From a virus, in IMG/VR virus record IMGVR_UViG_3300025736_000010, positions 32,001-96,000 of that record: a DNA stretch of 64,000 nucleotides; one strand, given 5' to 3'. This document shows, piece by piece, positions 1-8,024 of this stretch; position 1 is the stretch's first letter, and each line of letters begins with the position of its first letter. A program made the position numbers and the translations under genes. The notes beneath the pieces are model-generated. The model saw nothing but the letters and a program-made list of their open reading frames with translations, ran no database searches and was not told the DNA's origin.

Positions 1-32
1 CGCCGATCTTTCCGCTGATAGGCCAGACAGAC

Positions 33-293
33 ATGACTGAAGGAGTTAAAATGGATAAAGAAAAGATTAACGGGATGCTTGCGGACGCGATTGAAGACGG
101 GAAGTCAGCAATGGAATATATGGTCGATGTGTTTGCAGCAACGGGAATAACAGACTCATTGACTGATCTTGCTGAAGCGCTAGAAGATGTTGCAGACATG
201 GCGCATGATGCGGGAATAACTATTCGCGAAACAGCATTGGCGGCGGGAATACTCGGAGTTGAAGATTTGGATGAGAATTGCGGAAAAGATTAG
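33..293 (+). CDS. hypothetical acidic protein
   Basis: ORF track; AAGGAG RBS before second Met (MDKEK); co-oriented operon. Confidence 0.6.
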   Translation: MTEGVKMDKEKINGMLADAIEDGKSAMEYMVDVFAATGITDSLTDLAEALEDVADMAHDAGITIRETALAAGILGVEDLDENCGKD

Positions 294-477
294 AGAAGAG
301 ATTGAAAAACAATCTGGAAAACATTATTCACAGAAAGAAGCCGATATGGTTGAGCTAATCATAGAGGCAGGAACATCACATATACGCGCAACAACTGAAT
401 CAATGCTAGAAGAACACTTATTTGATTTTAGCAGATCACAAGTAGAAATTCTTGATGAAATTATAGAGTCATTGTAA
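259..477 (+). CDS. hypothetical protein
   Basis: ORF overlapping the previous gene in an operon arrangement. Confidence 0.55.
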   Translation: MKIWMRIAEKIREEIEKQSGKHYSQKEADMVELIIEAGTSHIRATTESMLEEHLFDFSRSQVEILDEIIESL

Positions 478-486
478 GGGAGGAAT

Positions 487-1302
487 ATGAAACGCATAGC
501 AAGTATAGCAGATATGCATTGTGGCCATCGAGCCGGATTGACGCCAACACAATATCTATCACCAGATCCTAAATGGCGTGATGTAGAAGAGGACTTATGG
601 ACTCGCTATTTGGACTTGGTAAAGCAATTTGATACTCCAGATATTCTAATTGTTAACGGTGATTGCATCGACGGGCGCGGTGAGCGTAGCGGCGGGACTG
701 AACTTATAGCCCCATCTTTAGCTACGCAACGAGACATGGCGGTTAAGTGCATAATGCAGTGGAAAGCACCAAAAGTAGTTATTTCTCGTGGGACAGATTA
801 TCATACGAGCTGGGGAGGAGAAGACTGGGAAGATCTAGTTGCCGAAAAAGTTCTAGCCGAAACAGAAAAACTATACCCTAACAAAGAAGTCACGGTGGTA
901 ATCAAAGATCACCCATTCATCAATGTAGATGGCGTAACGTTCGACATCAAACACCACATTGGAAGTTCAGCAGTTCCTTACGGAAGCGGCACTGCAATCG
1001 AAAAAGACAAGACATGGAACGAACAATGGTGGATGAACGATGAGGGGCAACCGCTAGCTGATGTAATTATGCGAGCACACGCCCATATTTGTCACGGATC
1101 TTACGGCTATCGCGGCTCTCGACGATGGGATGCAATCCGTCTAGCTGCGCTACAAGCCGCTGGGACAAAGTACGGTGGTCGTAGATGCAGCCGAACAGTC
1201 CATTGGGGAATCCAGTATGGCGACGTAGATAACGAGCGATACCGGTTTGACGATTTCATTGCCCGTGTTAAAGGGAACCAAGTAAAGGCGGTGAAAATGT
1301 GA
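487..1302 (+). CDS. calcineurin-like metallophosphoesterase
   Basis: Motifs D-x-H (IADMH), GD-x-x-D (NGDCIDG), GTDYH, HH, AHAH; GGAGG RBS. Confidence 0.8.
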   Translation: MKRIASIADMHCGHRAGLTPTQYLSPDPKWRDVEEDLWTRYLDLVKQFDTPDILIVNGDCIDGRGERSGGTELIAPSLATQRDMAVKCIMQWKAPKVVISRGTDYHTSWGGEDWEDLVAEKVLAETEKLYPNKEVTVVIKDHPFINVDGVTFDIKHHIGSSAVPYGSGTAIEKDKTWNEQWWMNDEGQPLADVIMRAHAHICHGSYGYRGSRRWDAIRLAALQAAGTKYGGRRCSRTVHWGIQYGDVDNERYRFDDFIARVKGNQVKAVKM

Positions 1303-1547
1303 ACGAGATAGAGACGATTATTGTTCCAGAAGAAACACCTGATCCATACCAATACCCGCTGTGGTCGCCAGGCGAGGAAGGTACGCTACGTAGATGGTAT
1401 CACACTCTTGGGATTACTCAATGTACCGAACATTGGTATAAACTTACTGGGCGGGATAGATCCTATAAGCAGATTGAAAGAAAGGCAAATAGTATGCTCG
1501 TGTCCGGGAACATTCCAGACGACTTCTTGGAGTTGCTTGGCAACTAG
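1299..1547 (+). CDS. hypothetical protein
   Basis: GTGA overlap with upstream gene. Confidence 0.55.
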   Translation: MNEIETIIVPEETPDPYQYPLWSPGEEGTLRRWYHTLGITQCTEHWYKLTGRDRSYKQIERKANSMLVSGNIPDDFLELLGN

Positions 1548-1561
1548 GGCGGAGGAAATAA

Positions 1562-1801
1562 ATGGCGATATGGTGCTGGGTTTTAATTGGACACACTTTG
1601 GTTTGGGCAGCCAGCAGCTCTTTGGTTAATTTCTTCAGCCCTGAGTTATGGGATGAAACTTCATTAGGCGATAAGGTAATTGGATATTTCGTTGCAGAAA
1701 GGCAGCTCTATAGAGGGATAAAAGTCCTTATACTGTATAGGAAGAAACTATTCCCGAATATATACAAAAATAGCCAGGACGAGGACGAATACGATGACTG
1801 A
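1562..1801 (+). CDS. hypothetical protein, hydrophobic N-terminus
   Basis: GGAGG RBS; N-terminal hydrophobic stretch. Confidence 0.55.
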   Translation: MAIWCWVLIGHTLVWAASSSLVNFFSPELWDETSLGDKVIGYFVAERQLYRGIKVLILYRKKLFPNIYKNSQDEDEYDD

Positions 1802-2051
1802 GAGTTTAGCACAGAAACTATTTGCGGCGCTTAGTAAGAACAGCGGAATGTACCTAAACGACTATGAAGTGGCTCGCATGTCAGGATTGTCAGAGGATGA
1901 ACTTGAACTGGCGAAAAGCGAACTTGATGAAATACTAAAAGGAAGCGATACGTCAATAACGGTAACAAAAAAAGGTGATAGAAGGTGGAAGATGGTTTCT
2001 CGAAGGCCGAAAGTAAAAAAGGAAGAGGAGAAGCAAGTCGGGTTATTTTAA
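1794..2051 (+). CDS. hypothetical protein (possible winged-helix)
   Basis: ORF with GAGG RBS; helix-turn-helix-like pattern by eye. Confidence 0.5.
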   Translation: MTESLAQKLFAALSKNSGMYLNDYEVARMSGLSEDELELAKSELDEILKGSDTSITVTKKGDRRWKMVSRRPKVKKEEEKQVGLF

Positions 2052-2053
2052 TT

Positions 2054-3148
2054 ATGGATAAAAAAGTAATGGTAATAAGCGGATGTAGGCCGGAAATTAT
2101 TAAAATGTTTCCTATAATCGAAGAGCTTAGAAACAGAGACATTGAGTGCGTTCATGTGCATACCGGCCAACATACAGACCTAGCGATGTCAACGATGGAA
2201 GCCCTGGGGATATATCCAGACATTGAATTCTCGGCGATAGAGCATTCTGTGGGATTCGCCAACTCGTCATTGTCGTATATTTTGGACAAACTAGACGGTG
2301 TTATCATCAATGACATAAGCCCAAGCGTTGTTGTGGTCCAGGGCGACACCTCGACTACGCTCGCTGGTGCATTATTCGCGTTTCATCACGAGATCCCTTT
2401 GGTCTATGTGGAAAGCGGCCTGAGAACATATAAAAAAGAACCATATCCAGAGGAGATAAACAGGCAGATCATAGCAAGAATCGCCGACGTTAACTGCTGC
2501 CCTACTAAAAACGCAATGAACAATTTAATCAGTGAAAACGTAATCGGCGAGAAATACGTAGCTGGAAATACAGAGGTAGACGCCATATATTACGCGCTCG
2601 ATAACTGCGTTCCTAAGAAGTGTTACAGCGTTGACGACGGGCGTAGAACAATCGTAGTTACATTACATCGGCGCGAAAGTATAGGAATGCCAATGCGAAA
2701 TGTTTGCAGAGATATTGTGAAGGTCGCAGAAACAACACCTGTGGATGTAATCGTAACAAAGCATCCAAATCCCGGTGTGTCGAAAATCATCGAGGAAGAA
2801 CTGGAAAACATTGATCTGCAACTTAATAGCACGATGCTTGTAGTAGAGCCAATGGATTTCGTGTCGTTTGCGCATCAAATGGCAAAATCCACACTAATCA
2901 TCACAGACTCAGGTGGAATACAAGAGTCGGCATCGGCATTAGGAATTCCAGTAGTTGTGGCTAGAAACGTTACAGACAGGCCAGAATGTTCATCAGTTAT
3001 AGCAGGAACAAACGCCGGAAACGTATACACAGCGGTAATGAAAATATTGAAATCGCAAGAACTGTACGACGAAATGGCAAAAGCAAAGTGTCCGTTTGGA
3101 GATGGACATGCGGCGGAAAAGATAGTTGACTTGATATTGGAGGTGTGA
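2054..3148 (+). CDS. wecB: UDP-N-acetylglucosamine 2-epimerase (non-hydrolysing type)
   Basis: G-x-RPE-x-IKM, HTGQH, VQGDT, ESGLR, PEE-x-NR, TLHRRE, TDSGGIQE, PFGDG-x-AA motifs; start moved to ATG 2054. Confidence 0.9.
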   Translation: MDKKVMVISGCRPEIIKMFPIIEELRNRDIECVHVHTGQHTDLAMSTMEALGIYPDIEFSAIEHSVGFANSSLSYILDKLDGVIINDISPSVVVVQGDTSTTLAGALFAFHHEIPLVYVESGLRTYKKEPYPEEINRQIIARIADVNCCPTKNAMNNLISENVIGEKYVAGNTEVDAIYYALDNCVPKKCYSVDDGRRTIVVTLHRRESIGMPMRNVCRDIVKVAETTPVDVIVTKHPNPGVSKIIEEELENIDLQLNSTMLVVEPMDFVSFAHQMAKSTLIITDSGGIQESASALGIPVVVARNVTDRPECSSVIAGTNAGNVYTAVMKILKSQELYDEMAKAKCPFGDGHAAEKIVDLILEV

Positions 3149-3149
3149 A

Positions 3150-3377
3150 ATGTATTCAGTTTATTTAGTATATGAAGACAACGAACATAGACACGCCGTT
3201 AAGGACGTGATAGGCATTTTTTTTGAACAGATTGACGCTTATGAATGGGCGGCAAAACTAGAAAAGGAAAGAGACGACAACGAACGCGAAAGAGCGAAGA
3301 CATCGACTATTGGTTTTATTGAGCCTGAAGACCGAGACTGGCGATGTTTTACAGTAGAACATTGGAACGTAAGATAA
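3150..3377 (+). CDS. hypothetical protein
   Basis: GGAGGT RBS. Confidence 0.6.
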   Translation: MYSVYLVYEDNEHRHAVKDVIGIFFEQIDAYEWAAKLEKERDDNERERAKTSTIGFIEPEDRDWRCFTVEHWNVR

Positions 3378-3383
3378 AAACAC

Positions 3384-3411
3384 TTGACATTTACAAGAAA
3401 TGTAGTATAAT
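3384..3411 (+). promoter_or_regulatory. sigma70-type promoter
   Basis: TTGACA-16 bp-TATAAT upstream of AAGGAGG RBS. Confidence 0.75.
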
Positions 3412-3428
3412 ATAGAAAAGGAGGATAC

Positions 3429-3617
3429 ATGGACATACTTAAGTTCTCTAAAATAATAACACTTATGTCCACTCAGACTTGGCGAGATGTGTATTTCGAG
3501 ATGCTGTACCAAATGAAGAATTCAGATGGTGCTTGCCAACGTGCGTTCAATAATAGGATGCGGTCTATCGGTATGGCTGAATTTGCCGAAGATATATCGC
3601 ACAGACTTAGGTGGTGA
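3429..3617 (+). CDS. hypothetical protein
   Basis: AAGGAGG RBS downstream of promoter. Confidence 0.6.
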   Translation: MDILKFSKIITLMSTQTWRDVYFEMLYQMKNSDGACQRAFNNRMRSIGMAEFAEDISHRLRW

Positions 3618-3883
3618 CAACAATGAATATAGCCAAGCAAGAGTTCGATAAAATTCAAAAGAAACACAAAAGAGACCTAGCAGAAAGAGAGATTGATATC
3701 AAGAGGATGATGGGTGTTCTGGCGAGTTTGCTGGATCTATTCTCGGATACTAAATCGCCGGAGGATCTGACGTGGGCGCTTGAAAACATCAGCGAGTCAT
3801 CGACAGATGCTATTATTGCTAGATGCGCTGAGGCGTCGAGTTTGGTGGAGCTTTTGGAGCAGAAGTATCTATTTGAAGCGTAA
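3611..3883 (+). CDS. hypothetical coiled-coil protein
   Basis: Overlaps previous ORF; helical composition. Confidence 0.55.
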   Translation: MVTTMNIAKQEFDKIQKKHKRDLAEREIDIKRMMGVLASLLDLFSDTKSPEDLTWALENISESSTDAIIARCAEASSLVELLEQKYLFEA

Positions 3884-3889
3884 TATAGG

Positions 3890-4900
3890 ATGGTTAACGT
3901 GGCTAAAATAATTACGGCAGATGTGCTGGAGTGGTGCAAAACATACGATGGGCCTAAGTTCCATGCAATTCTATGTGACCCTCCTTACGAGTTAGGGTTC
4001 ATGGGGAAAAATTGGGATAAGACAGGCATTGTGTTTGATCCGGCGACTTGGGAGGCGTTGGCCGAACATCTATATCCCGGTGGATTTGGGATGGCGTTTG
4101 CATCATCGAGGGGATGGCATCGTTTAGCTGTAGCGATTGAGGATGCTGGATTGCGTATACACCCAAGTATTTTTGGTTGGAATTTTGGCTCGGGATTTCC
4201 AAAAGCTACAAGGGTAAAGGGTTCTGAGGTATTTGAAGGCCATCGGTATGGTCTACAGGCAATGAAACCAGCACTTGAGCCGATCATTATTTTTCAGAAA
4301 AACTACGAAGGAAAGCCAGTAGAGAGCATAGTAGAGACAGGTGCTGGGGCGTTGAACATTGACGGGGCGCGGATCGGGACAGAGGAAAGAGAGTACAATT
4401 TGAAGGGCGGCGAAAACTTAAACAAATTATCTCGCAAAGATGGACATGATTCCGAATCAGCTAAGGGCTGCGGAGCTTACGGAATAGGCGCAAAACAAAC
4501 ATCTATCGGCAGTAAAACAGTACAAGGCCGCTGGCCCGCAAATTTCTACGTAGACGAAGAAGCAGCGGCAAGGCTTGGCGAGCAGAGCGGGGAGCGAAAG
4601 AGTTCGATATACGATACGAGCAAAGGAGACACATGTGGATTCCACGATTCTCTTGGGAGAAAGAAATTGCGCAAACGTACTGATGTTGGTGGCTACGATG
4701 ACACCGGCACAGCCGCAAGATTCTTCTTCAACGTAAACCGTCAGATAGACGAATCAGATCCTGTACTGTATCAAGCGAAGACGTCTAGGAAAGAGAGGGA
4801 TGCGGGGTTGGATGACATGGCTAGCATTAGAGAAAATCTAACGGACAAAGAACGTGAATATGTTATGGTGGAGTTGAGGAAACATGGGTTTCTTGAATAG
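3890..4900 (+). CDS. DNA N6-A/N4-C methyltransferase (beta class), piece 1 with catalytic motif
   Basis: DPPY motif IV, GSGFPK, KPA-x-EPI, GALNID, GRWPAN, ARFF, K-x-S-x-x-ERDAGL; no SAM-binding motif I. Confidence 0.85.
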   Translation: MVNVAKIITADVLEWCKTYDGPKFHAILCDPPYELGFMGKNWDKTGIVFDPATWEALAEHLYPGGFGMAFASSRGWHRLAVAIEDAGLRIHPSIFGWNFGSGFPKATRVKGSEVFEGHRYGLQAMKPALEPIIIFQKNYEGKPVESIVETGAGALNIDGARIGTEEREYNLKGGENLNKLSRKDGHDSESAKGCGAYGIGAKQTSIGSKTVQGRWPANFYVDEEAAARLGEQSGERKSSIYDTSKGDTCGFHDSLGRKKLRKRTDVGGYDDTGTAARFFFNVNRQIDESDPVLYQAKTSRKERDAGLDDMASIRENLTDKEREYVMVELRKHGFLE

Positions 4901-5732
4901 CGGATTCTATTTCGGAACGAACGATGGAAGGAGATTTATGAACAATACATTCCCAAAAGCGAAGAATGCGCAAACCGCACTTTCTCATATAGGCATCCTG
5001 AGATTTGTCGAGCGCCACTCTCTTGGATTGTCTGGCATCAAGATTAGAAAACTTATCGCGATTGCCGTGCCAGTAGTCGCCGTCGAATTGGATAACAAGT
5101 CCGCGCTCAGGAATAAATGCGTCAACGACGAATTTTTCAAACAACATAGTTTGTTTTGTATAGCCAATCTTCATGCCGTCAAGGATTTTATATCCAGCAA
5201 TCTCAAGCTTGTTCGGGCTAAGTGTTTGTTGTATGGCATTCATCTCAAGAAGGCGTTTCTTAACTGCCGGGTCGTTGTTTCTGCATGTAATAGAACAGTA
5301 AGTTGGGTTAGTCTGCTCGGCACGAGAAGGCGACAACCTATATCTCTTTCCGCATATTTTGCAGATGAATTCTATTTTATTACGCCCTTGCCATTTATTA
5401 GCACAAGCAATAGAACAGAATTTGGCTTCTTCGGAACGGCACTTTGGAGCGTAAAAGACAGTACTGCATTGTTTGCAAACACACATTTTCCCGGTTTTTC
5501 TCTTTGCGTTTCTCGACTTATTGCCGCATTCAGCAGAGCAAAACATATGTTGGTTGTACGTTTGTTGAAACTCTTTCCCGCACCATTCGCATTCGCTGAT
5601 TGGAAGCCTACTCGCGATGCCTTTGCATTTCTTAGAGCAGTAACGGCCTCCGTTCTTTTTTTTATTAGACGCGCAATCGGACCACTGAAACTCCTTCCCA
5701 CATACTTCGCAAATTCTAGTTATTTTTGGCAT
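4863..5732 (-). CDS. Vsr/DUF559-like (PD-(D/E)xK) homing-type endonuclease with N-terminal Cys4 zinc-finger repeats, inserted in reverse in the MTase
   Basis: Repeated CxxCGKxF...YCSxxC fingers; C-terminal FVVD...VIQFDGDYWHG...D..QD..GLRILRFWE; probable start ATG 5732 (MPKITR). Confidence 0.85.
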   Translation of the reverse strand: MPKITRICEVCGKEFQWSDCASNKKKNGGRYCSKKCKGIASRLPISECEWCGKEFQQTYNQHMFCSAECGNKSRNAKRKTGKMCVCKQCSTVFYAPKCRSEEAKFCSIACANKWQGRNKIEFICKICGKRYRLSPSRAEQTNPTYCSITCRNNDPAVKKRLLEMNAIQQTLSPNKLEIAGYKILDGMKIGYTKQTMLFEKFVVDAFIPERGLVIQFDGDYWHGNRDKFSNLDARQSKRVALDKSQDAYMRKCGLRILRFWECIVHKSPSIVRSEIESAIQETHVSSTPP

Positions 5733-5738
5733 GTGTAT

Positions 5739-5767
5739 ATTATACACGATACAGAACGAATTGTCAA
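5739..5767 (-). promoter_or_regulatory. sigma70 promoter giving a leaderless endonuclease mRNA
   Basis: Minus strand TTGACA-17-TATAAT-6 nt-ATG. Confidence 0.8.
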
Positions 5768-5782
5768 GGCAATGGTGATAAC

Positions 5783-5884
5783 ATGATGGTTAAATACGCT
5801 GATGTGCCAGAGCATTTGAAGAAATATTTTAAGAGAAATTCCGGGGGTGATAATAGTGGGGTGCGGAATTCGCATCCTACTTGA
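5783..5884 (+). CDS. DNA methyltransferase piece 2 (33 aa, ends ...VRNSHPT)
   Basis: Manual translation MMVKYADVPEHLKKYFKRNSGGDNSGVRNSHPT*; N-x-HPT is the first half of the conserved HPTVKP motif; below the ORF-track cutoff. Confidence 0.7.
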   Translation: MMVKYADVPEHLKKYFKRNSGGDNSGVRNSHPT

Positions 5885-6123
5885 ATGCCGTTAAGCCTAT
5901 AGACCTAACACGATGGCTAGCAACATTACTATTGCCACCAGAAGAGTATGCGCCGCGCAGAATCCTAGTGCCGTTTTCAGGCTCAGGATCAGAAATGATC
6001 GGGGCGTCATTAGCTGGCTGGGAAGAAATCGTTGGGATAGAAATGGAAGAAGAGTACGTAGAAATAGCAGAGGCGCGATTAAAGCACTGGGAAAATAAAA
6101 CAGAACAACTCAAGCTTATATAG
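5881..6123 (+). CDS. DNA methyltransferase piece 3 (SAM-binding motif I)
   Basis: VKPIDLTRWL...PFSGSGS...GIE...EYVEIA-x-x-R; TTG start overlaps the TGA of piece 2. Confidence 0.85.
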   Translation: MNAVKPIDLTRWLATLLLPPEEYAPRRILVPFSGSGSEMIGASLAGWEEIVGIEMEEEYVEIAEARLKHWENKTEQLKLI

Positions 6124-6133
6124 AGGAGCAAAA

Positions 6134-6937
6134 ATGACAAACGCAAAAGTTATAGAAAAGAATAATGACCTAGTAGTTATCGAAGTAGACGCAGGGTATT
6201 CGGCGACGTTTCTAGAACTTCCCGGAGATTTCTCGCCAGAAAGCTTTTTCAAGGCAACTGAGGTCGTTGAAATACAAAAACAAGACTGCCATACCTGTCC
6301 GCACGCATCTTCAAGTAAATTCGACAAGATTAGGAAGGGCGTTAGTGAAGATGGTAAAAAACATGATATTCTATATGGCCGCGTGATTGGTACAAATCGA
6401 TGGGAAGTTGCGAGTTTTATGTATGAGAAGGCGGAATGGTCGGATTCTGAAGCGAAAGAACACTGCAAGAATCATGGTGGGGTCGCTTTCGAGAAGGCGG
6501 TGGGGAAGGTTGAGGAAGTGGAAGAGGTTGTCGAGGGCGGGTTTGTAGTGAAAAAGGCCGATCAGCTTCGACACCTTGTATACGGCGTAGCTCTAGATGT
6601 CAACACTGTAGATCTGCAAGGAGATTTCGAGGTACCTCTTGAAGTGGAGAAAGCGGCTCACAGATACCTACTGAATTTGTGGGCTGAAGAGAAGCCATCG
6701 ATGATTGGAGCACAACACGACTATCCTATTCCGGCGGCAATTGTGGTAGAGTCCTACATTGCGCCAGTGAGCTTCTACTTTGACGGAACTCCTCACGACG
6801 CAGATCATCTAGTAGAAAAAGGGAGCTGGATTATAGTCAGTTTAATTAGCGACGATGAAGAATTTGATCGCGTATTAAGCGGCGAGTATTCCGGTTATTC
6901 GGTGCAGGGTACTGGCCAAAGGAAACCAATAGCGTAG
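6134..6937 (+). CDS. XkdF-like prohead (maturation) serine protease
   Basis: LVYGV..DLQGD..EKAAH..H..VESYIAP..KGSW..GEYSGYSVQG; upstream of scaffold and capsid. Confidence 0.8.
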   Translation: MTNAKVIEKNNDLVVIEVDAGYSATFLELPGDFSPESFFKATEVVEIQKQDCHTCPHASSSKFDKIRKGVSEDGKKHDILYGRVIGTNRWEVASFMYEKAEWSDSEAKEHCKNHGGVAFEKAVGKVEEVEEVVEGGFVVKKADQLRHLVYGVALDVNTVDLQGDFEVPLEVEKAAHRYLLNLWAEEKPSMIGAQHDYPIPAAIVVESYIAPVSFYFDGTPHDADHLVEKGSWIIVSLISDDEEFDRVLSGEYSGYSVQGTGQRKPIA

Positions 6938-6946
6938 AGGGAGCAA

Positions 6947-7147
6947 TTGAAAAAGAAAATAGAATATCTAACACCTAAACAGTTGCGTACAAAATTTATG
7001 CTCAGCTTGTCACGAATATACACTTTGTTGAATGACCCTGTTGACCCAATCCCTCATCACAGGATTGGCACATCTTACAGGATTATTGTTGACGAACTCG
7101 ACGATTGGCTGAAAAGACATCATAAGATAATGGGTAAAGAGCGGTGA
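6947..7147 (+). CDS. excisionase-like/MerR-type HTH DNA-binding protein
   Basis: YLTPKQL...SRIYTL...IPHHRIG..YRI..ELDDWL pattern. Confidence 0.75.
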   Translation: MKKKIEYLTPKQLRTKFMLSLSRIYTLLNDPVDPIPHHRIGTSYRIIVDELDDWLKRHHKIMGKER

Positions 7148-7151
7148 TTCA

Positions 7152-7808
7152 GTGAATAAAGAAAAAAAGCGAGAATACAATAAGAGATATCGCGAGAAAA
7201 ACCGCGAACAAATAAGCGCCAAAAATGCTGCTTATTACGTCAAGAACAAGGAGAGGCTTTTGGCCGATCACGCTGTTTATGCAACAGGGCATAGAAAAGA
7301 GAAAAAAGAGACTAATGCTATTTATCGTGCAAACAATAAGGAGAAGAAAAAAGCCTACAACGCAGAACACAAAGAAGAAATAAAATCTTATAGCGCTGAT
7401 TATTACATTAAACATAAAGAGGAGAGAAGGGTTTACGACGCAGCTTATCGTGCTTGCCATAAGGATGAGATAAAAGCTTATAAGGATACTCACAAGGAAG
7501 AGGCAATCGCTTATCGAATCGCGAACAGGGATAAGTGCGCGGCCCATTCTGCCAAGCGGGCGGCTTTAATAAAAGAGGCTACAATAGGAGATTTAGAACA
7601 AATTTCAGAAATATACCGCCAGGCTGATGAGGACGAAGGTATAATATGTTATATATGTGGCGAGGTAATCGATCTTGGAATGCGCCACGTTGACCATGTT
7701 TTCCCCGTGAGCAAGGGAGGAGCACACTGCGCAGACAATCTGAAGATAACTCATGCGCGCTGTAACTTGATAAAAGGGTCAAAGTTGATCGAAGGAATAA
7801 ATATTTAG
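7152..7808 (+). CDS. HNH endonuclease with Tyr/Lys-rich helical repeat arm
   Basis: CYICG..HVDHVFPVSKGG-x-H..NL..H..CN..K. Confidence 0.85.
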   Translation: MNKEKKREYNKRYREKNREQISAKNAAYYVKNKERLLADHAVYATGHRKEKKETNAIYRANNKEKKKAYNAEHKEEIKSYSADYYIKHKEERRVYDAAYRACHKDEIKAYKDTHKEEAIAYRIANRDKCAAHSAKRAALIKEATIGDLEQISEIYRQADEDEGIICYICGEVIDLGMRHVDHVFPVSKGGAHCADNLKITHARCNLIKGSKLIEGINI

Positions 7809-7831
7809 ACTAGTAGTTTTGCAATAACGCA

Positions 7832-7867
7832 GAGACGCCCGCCATAACGACGGGCGTTCTTTTTTTT
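7832..7867 (+). terminator. rho-independent terminator
   Basis: GACGCCCG-loop-CGGGCGTT followed by a U tract. Confidence 0.8.
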
Positions 7868-7911
7868 GCGATTGGTCAGAGCCTATCGCAGCTGGACATC
7901 TGAACAGTAAT

Positions 7912-7940
7912 ATTATACAACATTTTTCGGCTAATTGCAA
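7912..7940 (-). promoter_or_regulatory. antisense sigma70-type promoter
   Basis: Minus strand TTGCAA-17-TATAAT. Confidence 0.55.
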
Positions 7941-7985
7941 GCCAAGAGCCATTTTCCCATATATCCCACACATTCCAAAAACTAC

Positions 7986-8014
7986 TGGACAATTATACTT
8001 AATTATCGTATAAT
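7986..8014 (+). promoter_or_regulatory. sigma70-type promoter for scaffold/capsid genes
   Basis: TGGACA-17-TATAAT, 10 nt before ATG 8025. Confidence 0.65.
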
Positions 8015-8024
8015 CATAATTGCT

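Noticed and set aside
4900-5890. Group I intron or split intein explaining the MTase breaks
   Set aside because: No room for a ribozyme core outside the endonuclease gene, the second gap is only 8 nt, and no intein blocks occur at the piece termini
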